A stretch of 64,000 nt of DNA from Candidatus Latescibacterota bacterium (GCA_965242865.1 CBDETK010000013.1:4096001-4160000), one strand, 5' to 3'; shown: positions 9,591-25,220, counted from the stretch's first letter. Translations and numbers: made by a program. Notes: generated from the letters alone by a model not told the origin.

Positions 9591-10739
9591 ATGATCGTTG
9601 GTATCGCACGAGAGACCTTCGCAGGTGAACATCGGGTCGCCTTGGTCCCGGAGGCTGTCGCCGGGTTGTCGGCCTGTAGCGCAGCCATCCTAGTAGAGCC
9701 GGGGGCGGGCGTCGCGGCGGGCTATGCCGATGGGGCGTATGCCGACCGCGGCGCAGAGATCGCGGCCGATCGCGCCGAGGTGTTCGCCCGCGCCGAGGTG
9801 GTGCTACAGGTGCGGACGCTCGGCGCGAACCCGGAGGCCGGTCGTGCGGACTTAGCCCGGATTCGCGCCGGTCAAGTCCTCATCGGGGCCTCAGATCCCC
9901 TGACGGCGGGTCCGCAATTGGCTGCGCTGGCCGATGCCGGAGCGACCCTATTCGCGGTGGAACTGATCCCGCGCATTACCCGCGCCCAGAGCATGGACGT
10001 GCTCTCGTCTATGGCCACGATCGCCGGCTACAAAGCGGTGCTTTTGGCTGCTGAGGCCCTGCCGCGCATGTTTCCGCTCTTGATGACGGCGGCTGGCACG
10101 TTGACGCCGGCCCGAGTGCTGGTCGTCGGGGCCGGGGTCGCCGGTCTTCAGGCCATTGCCACCGCCCGCCGCCTAGGCGCGGTCCTCCGGGCATACGACG
10201 TGCGCCCAGCGGTCCGCGAACAGGTCGAGAGCCTCGGGGCCGAATTCGTAGAGCTGGACATCGACGCGGGCGACTCCGAAGACGCCGGCGGGTACGCGCG
10301 GGCCCAAGACGAGGTGTTCTACCGCCGCCAGCGCGAGGAGTTAGCCAAAGTCGCTGGCCAAAGCGACGTGATCATTACCACGGCCGCCATACCGGGGCAA
10401 CCAGCCCCGCTGTTGATTACGGCCAAGGCCGTGCAGCGCATGAGTCCGGGATCGGTCATCGTCGATTTGGCCGCGGAGCGCGATGGCAACTGCGAGCTGA
10501 CGCGCCCTGGGGAGACGGTCGTAGAGGACGGAGTACAAATCATGGGGCCGCTCAATCTACCGGCGACCGTGCCGCACCACGCTAGTCAAATGTACTCTCA
10601 TAATATAGCGACCTTCTTCCGGCACTTGGCCGGCGAGGGGGCGTTGCAATTCGACATGGAAGACGAAATCACGCGCGAGACCTTGGTATTGCGCGACGGC
10701 CAGATCGTCCATCCGCGCATCCGCAAAGGAGCCTTATAG
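9591..10739 (+). CDS. pntA: NAD(P) transhydrogenase alpha subunit part 1 (dI)
   Basis: EHRVAL.P, PRITRAQSMDVLSS, GAGVAGLQA, GGYA, TTAAIPG. Confidence 0.96.
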   Translation: MIVGIARETFAGEHRVALVPEAVAGLSACSAAILVEPGAGVAAGYADGAYADRGAEIAADRAEVFARAEVVLQVRTLGANPEAGRADLARIRAGQVLIGASDPLTAGPQLAALADAGATLFAVELIPRITRAQSMDVLSSMATIAGYKAVLLAAEALPRMFPLLMTAAGTLTPARVLVVGAGVAGLQAIATARRLGAVLRAYDVRPAVREQVESLGAEFVELDIDAGDSEDAGGYARAQDEVFYRRQREELAKVAGQSDVIITTAAIPGQPAPLLITAKAVQRMSPGSVIVDLAAERDGNCELTRPGETVVEDGVQIMGPLNLPATVPHHASQMYSHNIATFFRHLAGEGALQFDMEDEITRETLVLRDGQIVHPRIRKGAL

Positions 10740-11020
10740 TGGAGGTCCTAGTGGCCGCGCTGACGGTGTTTGCCCTCGCCGTCTTCGTCGGCTTTGAAAT
10801 CATCACCAAAATTCCGCCGACCCTGCACACGCCGCTGATGTCCGGCTCCAACGCCATTTCCGGCATCACCCTGATCGGCGCCCTGCTGTCGGCCGGTTCC
10901 GAGCACTCGGCTTGGGCCACCTATTTGGGATTGGCCGCGGTCGTCTTTGCCACGATCAACGTGGTGGGTGGGTTCATGGTCACGCACCGCATGTTGGGCA
11001 TGTTTAGGAGGCGGGACTAG
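10739..11020 (+). CDS. NAD(P) transhydrogenase alpha subunit part 2 (membrane)
   Basis: PTLHTPLMSGSNAISG, NVVGGF.VT.RML.MF. Confidence 0.95.
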   Translation: MEVLVAALTVFALAVFVGFEIITKIPPTLHTPLMSGSNAISGITLIGALLSAGSEHSAWATYLGLAAVVFATINVVGGFMVTHRMLGMFRRRD

Positions 11021-11023
11021 CGC

Positions 11024-12397
11024 ATGAGCGCGACCCTGATCAACTTCGCTTACCTAATCGCCTCAGTCCTCTTCATCTTTGGCCTCAAGGGACTGACCCA
11101 CCCGCGCACGGCCGTCCGCGGCAACTTGCTAGGGGCCTTGGGGATGTTGTTGGCCATCGTCGCCACCCTGCTGGACCAGCGGATTCTCTCCGGCGAATAC
11201 ATTGTGCTCGGCGCAGTCGTCGGGGCGCTGGTTGGCATGGCCCTCGCAGTAAAAATTCCCCTAACCTCCATGCCCGAGTTGGTCGCGGTTTTTAACGGCT
11301 TGGGCGGCGGCGCCTCCGCGTTGGTGGCGGGTGCAGCGCTGATTGAGGCGCAGGCCCCTTCCTACCAATTCACGGCCGCTACGGCCGCCTCTGGGATCAT
11401 CGGCGCGGTGACCTTCTGGGGCAGTATCGTGGCCTTTCTCAAGCTGATGGAACTGCTCAAAGGCTTGGTGCGGTTTCCCGGCCAGCAGTTTTGCAATGGA
11501 GTGCTGGTCCTCGGCAGCGCGGGCTTGGGTGCTTGGCTGGTGCTGGGCGAGCCGGACGCCTTCTGGGCCATGATTTGCGTGGCCTCCCTGTTGGGCGTGT
11601 TGCTCGTGGTGCCGATTGGCGGGGCCGATATGCCGGTGGTGATTGCCTTGCTCAATTCGTGCTCGGGGCTGGCCGCGGCCGCAACCGGCTTTGTGCTCGA
11701 CAACAATGTGCTGATCATCGCGGGGTCGTTGGTGGGAGCCTCGGGCCTGATTTTGACGCAGATCATGTGCCGGGCCATGAACCGCTCGCTGGGCAATGTG
11801 TTCTTCGGCGGCGTCGGGGCCGAGGCCGCGAGCGGAACCAGCGACGACGAGGTCTATGCGGGCAAGATCAAATCCACCTCGGCCGAGGAAGTCGCGTTGC
11901 TGTTTGACACGGCCCGGCGCGTGGTGGTCGTCCCCGGCTACGGCATGGCCGTGGGTCAAGCGCAACACGCCGTGCGGGACTTGGCCAATTTGCTCGAAGA
12001 GCGCGGCATTGAGGTCGCGTACGCGATTCATCCGGTGGCGGGCCGGATGCCGGGCCACATGAACGTGCTGTTGGCCGAAGCCGAAGTGCCCTACGACAAG
12101 CTGGTGGAGATGGACCGGATCAACCCGACCTTCCAGCAGACCGATGTGGTGCTAGTCATCGGCGCCAACGATGTCGTCAATCCCCTCGCCCGCGACGAAG
12201 ATTCCGGGCCGATTGCCGGGATGCCCATTCTCGACGTGGATAGTGCGCGCACGGTGGTGGTGATTAAGCGGAGCCTGAGCCCGGGGTTTGCCGGGCTGCC
12301 CAATCCGCTTTTTGCCGCGGAAAACGCGCTGATGTTTTTCGGCAATGCCCGGGAGGCCGTGCTGGATTTGGTGGCCGCGGTAAAGGAAAGCGGATAG
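11024..12397 (+). CDS. pntB: NAD(P) transhydrogenase beta subunit
   Basis: IGGADMPVVIALLNS, PGYGMAV, HPVAGRMPGHMNVLLAEA, GANDVVNP. Confidence 0.97.
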   Translation: MSATLINFAYLIASVLFIFGLKGLTHPRTAVRGNLLGALGMLLAIVATLLDQRILSGEYIVLGAVVGALVGMALAVKIPLTSMPELVAVFNGLGGGASALVAGAALIEAQAPSYQFTAATAASGIIGAVTFWGSIVAFLKLMELLKGLVRFPGQQFCNGVLVLGSAGLGAWLVLGEPDAFWAMICVASLLGVLLVVPIGGADMPVVIALLNSCSGLAAAATGFVLDNNVLIIAGSLVGASGLILTQIMCRAMNRSLGNVFFGGVGAEAASGTSDDEVYAGKIKSTSAEEVALLFDTARRVVVVPGYGMAVGQAQHAVRDLANLLEERGIEVAYAIHPVAGRMPGHMNVLLAEAEVPYDKLVEMDRINPTFQQTDVVLVIGANDVVNPLARDEDSGPIAGMPILDVDSARTVVVIKRSLSPGFAGLPNPLFAAENALMFFGNAREAVLDLVAAVKESG

Positions 12398-12457
12398 GAG
12401 CCGGTACTCCACGAAATGGCGTCGTCGGTCGACAGGATCTCAAACTAGGAAAATTAA

Positions 12458-17044
<4,587 letters not shown>

Positions 17045-17063
17045 AGGATAAGGAAAGGAATCA

Positions 17064-18557
17064 ATGGGTAAACCCACCGGATTCATCGAATTTGTACGCG
17101 AGTTACCGCAAGACCGCGACCCTTTAGAGCGCGTCGCGGACTGGGACGAGTTCCACGAGCACTTTCCCGACCAGCGCCTGCGTGATCAAGGGGCGCGCTG
17201 CATGGACTGCGGCATTCCCTTTTGCCACTTGGGCGACGTCGTCAGTCAGGGCGACAAAGGCTCGGGCTGCCCGATCAACAACTTAATCCCCGAATGGAAC
17301 GACTTAGTTTATCGCGGGTTGTGGCGGGAGGCGCTGGAGCGGCTACACAAGACCAACAACTTCCCGGAGTTTACTGGCCGGGTCTGCCCGGCGCCCTGCG
17401 AGGGGGCCTGCGTGGTGGGGATCAACGCCCCGCCGGTGACGATCAAGAGCGTTGAGTGCGCCATTGTCGATAAAGGCTTTGAGATGGGCTGGGTCGTGCC
17501 CGAGCCGCCGGACAAGCGCACCGGCAAGAAAGTCGCCATCGTTGGCTCAGGCCCGGCCGGCTTGGCCTGCGCCGCCCAGCTCAATCGCGCCGGCCACTGG
17601 GTGACCGTGTACGAGCGGGCCGATCGCATCGGCGGCTTGCTGATGTACGGAATACCGAACATGAAGCTCGACAAGCAAAAGGTGGTGCAGCGCCGGGTTG
17701 ACTTAATGGAGGCCGAGGGCGTCAAATTCGTCACCTGCACCGAAATCGGCGTGGATCTGCCGGCGACCCAGCTCGTGGAAGAGAACGACGCGGTCGTGCT
17801 CTGCGGCGGGGCTACCAAGCCCAACGATCTGCCGATTGAGGGGCGCGATCTAAAGGGCATCTACTTTGCGATGGACTTTTTGCGCGCCAACACCAAGAGC
17901 CTGCTCGACTCCAAGCACGCGGACGGCAACTACATCTCGGCCGAGGACAAGCACGTGATCGTCATCGGCGGCGGCGACACCGGCACCGACTGCGTGGGCA
18001 CGTCCATGCGCCACGGCTGCAAGACGCTCTCGCAGTTTGAGATCATGCCTCGGCCACCGGACGAGCGCGCGCCCAACAACCCTTGGCCGCAGTGGCCCAA
18101 CGTCTATAAGCTCGACTACGGTCAGGAGGAGGCCAAAGCTCGCTTCGGCGACGACCCGCGCACGTATCTGATTATGACCCAGCGGTTCGTCGGCGACGAC
18201 GAGGGCCGCGTCGAGGCGTTGCACACGGTCAATATCGAGTGGGGTCAGGATGAAAACGGCCGCTTCACGCCCGTGCCGATAGAAGAGACTGAGAAGGTCT
18301 GGCCGGCCGATTTGGTGCTCTTGGCGATGGGGTTCCGCGGGCCAGAGGACGCGCCGCTCGATCAGCTAGGCGTTGAGCGCGACGAGCGGTCCAACGCCCG
18401 GGCCGAGCACGAGAAATACGCCACCAGCGTTGAGGGTGTTTTCGCTGCTGGCGACATGCGGCGCGGCCAGAGCTTGGTCGTGTGGGCGATCAACGAAGGC
18501 CGGGGGGCCGCCCGCGAGGTGGACCGCTATCTAATGGGCGGTACGCAGCTACCCTAA
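17064..18557 (+). CDS. gltD: glutamate synthase small subunit
   Basis: [55 protein letters not shown]. Confidence 0.98.
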   Translation: MGKPTGFIEFVRELPQDRDPLERVADWDEFHEHFPDQRLRDQGARCMDCGIPFCHLGDVVSQGDKGSGCPINNLIPEWNDLVYRGLWREALERLHKTNNFPEFTGRVCPAPCEGACVVGINAPPVTIKSVECAIVDKGFEMGWVVPEPPDKRTGKKVAIVGSGPAGLACAAQLNRAGHWVTVYERADRIGGLLMYGIPNMKLDKQKVVQRRVDLMEAEGVKFVTCTEIGVDLPATQLVEENDAVVLCGGATKPNDLPIEGRDLKGIYFAMDFLRANTKSLLDSKHADGNYISAEDKHVIVIGGGDTGTDCVGTSMRHGCKTLSQFEIMPRPPDERAPNNPWPQWPNVYKLDYGQEEAKARFGDDPRTYLIMTQRFVGDDEGRVEALHTVNIEWGQDENGRFTPVPIEETEKVWPADLVLLAMGFRGPEDAPLDQLGVERDERSNARAEHEKYATSVEGVFAAGDMRRGQSLVVWAINEGRGAAREVDRYLMGGTQLP

Positions 18558-18595
18558 GCGGCGACAAGTCGCGCAAAAGAAAACCCTCACTTCCT

Positions 18596-18802
18596 ATGAC
18601 GACAACGGAGCGAATCGTTCATCATCTACAGTCGCTTTCCGAGCCGAGACGGTTGGAAGTACTAGATTTTGTTGAATTTATCAAGTCGCGAAGCCGCGAG
18701 GAAAATGCCGTCTGGTCCGAATTGTCGCTGGCGTCTGCGATGCGCGGGATGGAACGAGAAGAAAGCCTTTATACGTCGGAAGACATCAAAGAGCCGCCGT
18801 AA
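18596..18802 (+). CDS. putative antitoxin (DUF2281-like)
   Basis: 68 aa, EVLDFVEF motif, acidic tail, TAATG coupling to the downstream toxin. Confidence 0.65.
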   Translation: MTTTERIVHHLQSLSEPRRLEVLDFVEFIKSRSREENAVWSELSLASAMRGMEREESLYTSEDIKEPP

Positions 18803-19158
18803 TGGTGCAGGAGGGGCAGATCGTTCTATTTGCGTTTCCGCAAACAGATCAAGTAGCTGGCAAATTGCGTCCTGCACTCGTTCTGCGTGCTCTACCAGGG
18901 ACGCATGGCGATTGGCTTATTTGTATGATCTCGTCCCAATTGCACCACGAAGTTGCATACATTGACGAAGTAATCCGCGATTCGGACCCTGACTTTACAC
19001 AAACAGGTCTTAAAACCACGAGTCTTATTCGCGTTACTCGAATTGCCGTAGTTTCAGCGGATCTATTCAAGGGAAGTATCGGCAAAGTGGATAACAGGCG
19101 TCTCGAGCGGATTCAAAATTGTTTAGCCGATTGGTTACGAGCCAGCGACGCGACCTAA
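18802..19158 (+). CDS. PemK/MazF-family endoribonuclease toxin
   Basis: GQIVLFAFPQTD..KLRPALV, MISSQ, TGLK.TS.IR. Confidence 0.85.
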   Translation: MVQEGQIVLFAFPQTDQVAGKLRPALVLRALPGTHGDWLICMISSQLHHEVAYIDEVIRDSDPDFTQTGLKTTSLIRVTRIAVVSADLFKGSIGKVDNRRLERIQNCLADWLRASDAT

Positions 19159-19233
19159 CTAGCCGTGGTGAAATTTCACATCTCCAAAGTCAGAGGTATT
19201 GACATTTTTTAGGGCGTCGCTGCTTTTTGGTGC

Positions 19234-20163
19234 TCATCCATTGGGGAAAATGATCCCTGAGTGCATCAGCGTCCTGAGCGTTATGGCGCAGCCGACGACG
19301 ATGATGACTACTGCGCTCGCGATGGGTAGCCGCTGAATCCAGCGGCCGTCGCCCGAGAAGCGATCGACGAGCGGTCGCGCCTTGACGATGAGGATGCCGA
19401 TGGCGATGAGGATGGCGGCTAGCCCGACGCTGAAAGCTACCAAAAGCAGCAAGCCAAAGGCGATGCGATGCAAGGCCACGGCCAGCAACAGGATCACCAA
19501 CGCTCCCGGACAGGGCACGATACCACCGGAAATTCCCAGCGTTAGCAGACTGCCGAGGGTCACTTTGTCGGGTATCGCATGGCTGTGGCCGTGTTCCCCG
19601 TGAGAGTGATCGTGGTGGTGTCCCTCGTGGGAATGACCGTGATCGTGGTGTGCTTCGTGGGAATGGGTGTGACCGTGGCCCCGTCCTCGGAGGTGACCGA
19701 CCAAAAGCCATGTACCTAGACCTATGATTAGGAGGCCGGAGGCCGTGCCGAGATAGGGGAAAATTTGTTCGGGAAGGATGTATTGAGAGGCAAAGAGTGC
19801 TACCAAGCCCAACAGAATGATGCTCATGGTATGCGTCAGCGTAACGACCCCCCCGAGGAAAAGGGCATTGCCTATCGTGCCGCGTGTGCCGACGAGGTAC
19901 GCCGCGACAATGGTCTTGCCGTGCCCCGGCTCTAACCCGTGGGCCGCGCCTAAAAAAAAGGACAGTGCCAACGCCCCCATGATCAGGCCGAGGGTCAGCT
20001 CTTCCGAGCGCAGCATGTCGCTGAGGGCATCCGTTTCTCCGTCAGCCGCATTGGCCGCTCCGACGGCGTGGATTGACTCGCCGAACTCGTCCCCCCCAGC
20101 CGGGATCGCTAGAACTATTAGTACTAGTAGGAATATTCGCGGTATCGCTCGTTTTGCGGACAT
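19234..20163 (-). CDS. RcnA/NicO-like nickel/cobalt transporter with His-rich loop
   Basis: HGLEPGHGKT, TLTHT, GIVPCPGA, FSVGLA motifs; loop GHGHTHSHEAHHDHGHSHEGHHHDHSHGEHGHSH. Confidence 0.85.
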   Translation of the reverse strand: MSAKRAIPRIFLLVLIVLAIPAGGDEFGESIHAVGAANAADGETDALSDMLRSEELTLGLIMGALALSFFLGAAHGLEPGHGKTIVAAYLVGTRGTIGNALFLGGVVTLTHTMSIILLGLVALFASQYILPEQIFPYLGTASGLLIIGLGTWLLVGHLRGRGHGHTHSHEAHHDHGHSHEGHHHDHSHGEHGHSHAIPDKVTLGSLLTLGISGGIVPCPGALVILLLAVALHRIAFGLLLLVAFSVGLAAILIAIGILIVKARPLVDRFSGDGRWIQRLPIASAVVIIVVGCAITLRTLMHSGIIFPNG

Positions 20164-20243
20164 GGTTTGCCTCCACCAGACAATGTGCTCGACGAGTTTA
20201 TGCCGCCGGCCTCACCCAACCGGACACGGGATTTGCTGCGTCC

Positions 20244-20292
20244 GGGATCGAGGGCGTCCCGCCCTTGACGAGGGCAAGATGCCCTCGATCCC
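20244..20292. repeat. palindromic REP-like element, family A, copy 1
   Basis: GGGATCGAGGGCGTCCCGCCCT-TGACG-AGGGCAAGATGCCCTCGATCCC; related copies at 33223, 41056, 54155. Confidence 0.9.
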
Positions 20293-20392
20293 AGGTGTAG
20301 TAAGGGCCGCGACAGTTAATGGGGCGAAATAAATGGCGTTTCTGATAAGGGGGCAAGCACCGCGCCCTCGTCCTCCCAGCGGCGATGACCGC

Positions 20393-21166
20393 TCACCCCT
20401 TCGGCACCACCAGTGCGCGGTCGCCGTAGGGGATTGAATCCATTTCGGTGTCGTAGATTCGCTCCAGAAAGTCGCGGTCCCACGGCCGCTCGGCCGCCGG
20501 TAGCCGCTCTACCGCGCCATCCTTGAGGAAAATGAAGTGATCTCCGTATAGGAAAGCGCTGTTGGGGTCGTGCAGGACGGCGAGGACCGTGAGGTCGGCA
20601 TCGACCAATTCGCGGATTAGGCGCAGCAGGTGCGCTTGGTTGAGGAAATCGAGGTGCGAGCTCGGTTCGTCGAGGAGGATGAGCCGGGGCTGCTGTGCCA
20701 GAACCCGCGCGATGCGGACGAGCTGTTGCTCCCCCCCCGATAGCTCGGTGTAAGCGCGTTCCTTGAGATGGATAATGCCGACCCGCTCCAGCGCGGCCGT
20801 GCAGATTTCGACGTCCTCCCGCTTGGGGACATAAGCGACGTAGCTGGCGCGGCCAGTCAGGACCACGTCTTGGACGGAAAAGGGGAAAACGGGGCGGTGG
20901 TGCTGGGGTAAGTAGCCGAGGACGCGGGCTCGCCGCCGGGACGAGAAAGCGCGGAGTTCCTCCTCGTAGATATGCACTTGGCCGCGCTCAAAGTCGAGGA
21001 GGCCGCCGAGAATGCGCATGAGCGTTGATTTGCCGCTGCCGTTTTTGCCGAGCAGGACAGTGAACTGCCCGGTCGGGATTTCCAGCGAAATCTCGTTGAG
21101 GATCGGCCTTCCTTCGTAGGCAAAGAAGAGCTTCTCCACTCGAATCGCGGGGGCTAGGTCTCCCAT
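20393..21166 (-). CDS. ABC ATPase, FepC/BtuD (iron-siderophore/cobalamin) class
   Basis: GKNGSGKST, LSGGEQQ, LLDEP, VLHD. Confidence 0.92.
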   Translation of the reverse strand: MGDLAPAIRVEKLFFAYEGRPILNEISLEIPTGQFTVLLGKNGSGKSTLMRILGGLLDFERGQVHIYEEELRAFSSRRRARVLGYLPQHHRPVFPFSVQDVVLTGRASYVAYVPKREDVEICTAALERVGIIHLKERAYTELSGGEQQLVRIARVLAQQPRLILLDEPSSHLDFLNQAHLLRLIRELVDADLTVLAVLHDPNSAFLYGDHFIFLKDGAVERLPAAERPWDRDFLERIYDTEMDSIPYGDRALVVPKG

Positions 21167-22161
21167 CCGATCCGCGCCTTTTTGAGAAGGAAGATGAAGA
21201 ACGGCCCGCCGAGCAAGGTGGTGAAGACCCCGACCGGGATTTCAAAGGCGGCCAACGTGCGCGAGCAGGTATCGACCAGCAGCAGGAACGCGCCGCCGAA
21301 GGCAAAGGAGGCCGGCAGGGTGTGGCGGTTGTCCGGCCCCAGCAACATGCGCACCATGTGCGGCACGGCGAGGCCGATCATGCTGATGACGCCGGCCACG
21401 GCAATCGCCGCGGAGGCGGCCAAGGTCGCCGGAATGAGCACTAACACCCGCTCCCGCTCTGGGTTCAGGCCGACTGCGCGGGCCTCTTCGTCGCCTTGGG
21501 CGAGCACGTTCATGCGCCAGCGAAAGAGGAACAGCCAGACCACGCCGATGCCCACCCCCGGGGCGGCCGATTGCAGCTTGGCCCAGCTCGAATTGTGCAG
21601 GTTGCCCATAGTCCAGTGGACGATGGTTTGGAGCTTGTACGGGTCGGTGAGGAACTGGACGATGGTCAGCAGGGCGGTGAAAATCCCGGTGACGATCACG
21701 CCCGAGAGGATGAGGGAGACGACCGACACGGTCTTGCGGGTGCGAGCTAAGAAGTAAGCCAAGCCCACGGCGATCAGGCCAAAGCCGAAGGCCGTCGGCT
21801 GGACGGGCAGAAACGGCAGCACCAGCGCTAGGGCCGCGCCAAAGGCCGCGCCCGAGGACAGCCCGAGGATGTAGGGGGCCACGAGGGGGTTGCGAAACAG
21901 CGCCTGCAAGGCGTTGCCGGCCGCGGCCAAGGCCCCCCCCACCAGAAAGGTGAGGAGGATGCGCGGCAGGCGCACCTCCCAGACGATGGTGCCAATCAGT
22001 GCTTCTTCGCTGCTGGGGGCCGTTGCGCGGAACAGCAGGCCGTAGAGATAGACGAGGATTTTCCCGGCCTCTGCGCTGGCCGAAGGGCCGAGCAGCAGGG
22101 AGCCTAAGAGGACCGGCAGCGGCAGGGCGTAAATGAGGCGGCGGCGGAACGCGCTGTTCAC
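21154..22161 (-). CDS. FecCD/BtuC-family ABC permease
   Basis: VRLPR, QALFRNPL..PYILG.SSGA, GLAVPHMVR, EIPVGV.T. Confidence 0.92.
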   Translation of the reverse strand: MNSAFRRRLIYALPLPVLLGSLLLGPSASAEAGKILVYLYGLLFRATAPSSEEALIGTIVWEVRLPRILLTFLVGGALAAAGNALQALFRNPLVAPYILGLSSGAAFGAALALVLPFLPVQPTAFGFGLIAVGLAYFLARTRKTVSVVSLILSGVIVTGIFTALLTIVQFLTDPYKLQTIVHWTMGNLHNSSWAKLQSAAPGVGIGVVWLFLFRWRMNVLAQGDEEARAVGLNPERERVLVLIPATLAASAAIAVAGVISMIGLAVPHMVRMLLGPDNRHTLPASFAFGGAFLLLVDTCSRTLAAFEIPVGVFTTLLGGPFFIFLLKKARIGWET

Positions 22162-23222
22162 GGGCTATTTTCCTGCCCCAATGAGAGGGGCGGTAGGTCT
22201 CCGAGCCGCCCCCCGTATAGCTTGTTTAGCAGGCTGGCCCGCAGCTTTTCCAAATCCGTTGCGGAGAAGCTGCTTGGGTAGCACCAGCGGGCGACGAGAT
22301 CGACGGTGAAGATGTATTTGAGGGTCCAGAAGTCGCACGAGAAGGGATCGGGTAGCTCGTGGACCTGCCCGTTGCGCACGGCCGAGAGCGAGCGCCAGCC
22401 GGATAGCTCGCCGATGTCCGCGGCATCGAGCCGGTCGTTGCACCACATAATGATCCGCTCTGGGTTCCAGACGAGGACGTTTTCGAGGTTGACGACGAGG
22501 TGCTCTAGCTCGCTGTCGGCCGCCACGTTGGTTCCCCCGGCCAGCTCGATGAGCTCTTGCACGGTGCTGTTGCGGCCGGCCGTCTCCAGCGGCCCTTGGT
22601 CCCACATGAAGTACACGCGCGGCTTGGTGCCGCCGAGGGCTGTCTTGCGCTGCACGGCCGCCAATTCCTCCTCGGCAATGGCGAGGAGCTCGGCCGCCCG
22701 TTCCTCTGTGTCGGTCAGCTTGCCGAGGGCGGTGATCTCGCGGTGAATGTCTGCAAAGCGCTCGATGAAGACGCCGAAAACCGGAATGCCTTTCTCTTCG
22801 AGGGCGGCGATGGATTCTTCTTGACCGGCCCAGAGGATGACTAAGTCGGGCTGCAGCGCGACCATGCTCTCGATGTTGACGAAATCCCAGTTTCCCGGGG
22901 TTGGCAGGGTGCGCTCGCGGATGCGCTGGTCCATGGCCGCGTAGTACGGGAAGACGCTTTCTTGGTAGATGTTGGTTGAAATGCCGACGAGACGCGCTTC
23001 GGCCCCGAGCATGTACAGGCCGCTGAGCGCGCTTTCGAGCAGGCAGACGATGCGCTCGGCCGGCTGGGCCAACTCGATGCGGCGGCCGCGGAAGTCGGTG
23101 ACCGCGACGCCCTCTCCGGCTGCCGGCTCGCTGGCGAGCAGGAGGCCGAAGAGAAGCAGCAAGAGCGGACGCTGGTATGCCGCGACCGCTCTCGTGCGAA
23201 GGATGGCTGCTTCAGCGGGCAT
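22158..23222 (-). CDS. class III (FepB/BtuF-like) periplasmic binding protein
   Basis: TDFRGR.I, PAERIV, NIES.VALQPDLV, IELAGG.NV, AVRNGQV; start codon uncertain. Confidence 0.88.
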   Translation of the reverse strand: MPAEAAILRTRAVAAYQRPLLLLLFGLLLASEPAAGEGVAVTDFRGRRIELAQPAERIVCLLESALSGLYMLGAEARLVGISTNIYQESVFPYYAAMDQRIRERTLPTPGNWDFVNIESMVALQPDLVILWAGQEESIAALEEKGIPVFGVFIERFADIHREITALGKLTDTEERAAELLAIAEEELAAVQRKTALGGTKPRVYFMWDQGPLETAGRNSTVQELIELAGGTNVAADSELEHLVVNLENVLVWNPERIIMWCNDRLDAADIGELSGWRSLSAVRNGQVHELPDPFSCDFWTLKYIFTVDLVARWCYPSSFSATDLEKLRASLLNKLYGGRLGDLPPLSLGQENSP

Positions 23223-23225
23223 TGA

Positions 23226-25220
23226 CTAGAAGGAGACCATTAGGCCGCCGTTAGCCGAGAAGCCGGGGTCTTGAAACTGCCACGGCATCTCAAAGGTTTG
23301 GTTGGTGATGTTGTACGGTTCGAGAAAGAGGTGCAAAGAGCCGATGCGCTGCTCTAGGCGGGCGTTCACCAGCGTGTACCCGTCGAAGATCTGGGCATCC
23401 TTGCTGACGTCCGAGTAAATGCCGCTGTAGGACTGCACTGAGACCGTCGCCCGCAAACCTTGCGTAAGGGTCAGGTGAACCCCGGCGCTGAGCGCGTTTT
23501 CCGGCACGAAGTTGATCTTGGCGCCGACCTTGCTCGGGTCTTCCGAGTTCTCCACCACTTCGGCGTTGGTGTAGGTGTAGTTGGCGAACCATTCTACCGT
23601 TTCGCTGAGGCGATGGGTAGCCTCTACTTCCACGCCGGCGGTCTCGGTGAGGCCGGCGTTGATGTCCTGCGACTGGGGTTTATCTGGAATCTCTCGCTGG
23701 ACGATCTGATCGTCGATCTGGATGGCGAATCCACGGACGCCGAGCCGCAATCCCTCTACCGGCTGGAAGTTTAGCCCCAAATCCAGACTGATCCCGGATT
23801 CCGGCTTGATGTCGGGATTCGGGAGATGACCGCTGTCCTCGCTGCCCAAGGGGACGGTGCCGCCTACCGACTTGAGGGAGGGTGCCTTGAAGCTGGTGCC
23901 CGAGTTGAAGTAGATAGCGAACATTTCGCTGTGGTTGTAGCGCACCCCGAAACTGGTTAGGAACTTGTTCCAAGAGTTGCTGTCGTCCCCTGGAGGAGCA
24001 CCCTGCAGCAGGTCGATGTCGTGGGAGATGCCGCTGTAACGCACCCCGCCGCGCAAGATGAAGCGGCTCAAATGCACCTCTTCTTGGGCGTAGAGGCCGA
24101 AAGCGGTGGCCGTGGCGTCGTTGCCGGGACTAACCGCGCCGGTCTCGCGAAAGGTCTCGTACGAGGCATGCTGATAGTCGGCCCCCACGGTGAGCACATC
24201 TGACTCGCGGGTTGTGAGGGAGAGGGAGAGGTCGGCCGGTATGACAGCTTGGTCAACTCCGTCCTCAGAGCGCAGTTCGCGGCTGGGGGGATCTTCCCAA
24301 ATGCCATCCTCCTCCCAGCGGCGCACGTAGTCGCGGTAGCCGATCTTGGCTTGGATGGTGGCTTTGTCGGAAATCGGGTTTGTGTACCCGGCGTTCAGGG
24401 TGGTGTAGATGTGGCCGAAGTCTCGATTGATGCGACCGGCGTCGCCGGTGTGCCAAGTGCGGTGGGCGTAGAGGGAGGCCCGTTGGCCGGTGTCGTTGAG
24501 GAAGTAGGTTCCTCGCATGTACATCTTGGTTTTCTCGTACTCCGGGTCGTCATCCATCTTCAGCCACGAGTCTTTGGTGCCGTAGTTGGTGTAGTCCGAA
24601 TCTTCGTGGTGGCCTCCGAAGAAGAGGTGGAGATTGCCGGCCGCGCGCTGGTGGAAGAAGCGGCCGCCGATGGTGTTGTAGGAGCCGTAGTAAGCCGAGG
24701 CGTTGGTGCGGGTGCTTCGGATGCGCTCCTTGAGGATGAAGTTGGCCGTCCCGGCCAGCGGCGATTGATTGCCGGCGAAGTCCATGGCCATATAGGTCGG
24801 GTAGAGCACTGAGGCCGACCCGCGCTGGTCTTCGACCCGCTGGAAGGCCCACGGGTCGAGGCTCTGGAGATCGACGAAGGCGTCAATCGGCAGGCCGTCG
24901 AGCATGTAGCCTTTGTACGTGTGCGCCAAGCCGCCGGAGGAGCCCCAGTTGGCGTCGTTGCGAGACAGCACATTGGCGAAATTGCCCGGGATGTACGAGA
25001 GCATCTCGGCGAGGTTGCCGTTGCCCAAGACCAGCGATCCCATGTCGTCGGCAGTGATAATGGAGATCTTTTGGGTCACATTCCCTGGGGTCTGCGGCAG
25101 CTTGGAGCCGGTGATGATCATTTCTCCCATTTCATAGACATCGTCATCGGCTTCGTCATCGGCCAGCACGGGTGCGCCGATGAGGAAAATGGGCAATGCA
25201 CTGAGAAGTAGGCGCTTCAT
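23226..25220 (-). CDS. TonB-dependent receptor
   Basis: Signal peptide, EMIITGS TonB-box region, RGSASVLY plug motif, NPDIKPE, C-terminal Phe. Confidence 0.9.
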   Translation of the reverse strand: MKRLLLSALPIFLIGAPVLADDEADDDVYEMGEMIITGSKLPQTPGNVTQKISIITADDMGSLVLGNGNLAEMLSYIPGNFANVLSRNDANWGSSGGLAHTYKGYMLDGLPIDAFVDLQSLDPWAFQRVEDQRGSASVLYPTYMAMDFAGNQSPLAGTANFILKERIRSTRTNASAYYGSYNTIGGRFFHQRAAGNLHLFFGGHHEDSDYTNYGTKDSWLKMDDDPEYEKTKMYMRGTYFLNDTGQRASLYAHRTWHTGDAGRINRDFGHIYTTLNAGYTNPISDKATIQAKIGYRDYVRRWEEDGIWEDPPSRELRSEDGVDQAVIPADLSLSLTTRESDVLTVGADYQHASYETFRETGAVSPGNDATATAFGLYAQEEVHLSRFILRGGVRYSGISHDIDLLQGAPPGDDSNSWNKFLTSFGVRYNHSEMFAIYFNSGTSFKAPSLKSVGGTVPLGSEDSGHLPNPDIKPESGISLDLGLNFQPVEGLRLGVRGFAIQIDDQIVQREIPDKPQSQDINAGLTETAGVEVEATHRLSETVEWFANYTYTNAEVVENSEDPSKVGAKINFVPENALSAGVHLTLTQGLRATVSVQSYSGIYSDVSKDAQIFDGYTLVNARLEQRIGSLHLFLEPYNITNQTFEMPWQFQDPGFSANGGLMVSF

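Noticed and set aside
19152-19233. attC-like ACCTAAC at the end of the MazF-like gene
   Set aside because: No complementary GTTRRRY box or extended hairpin follows.
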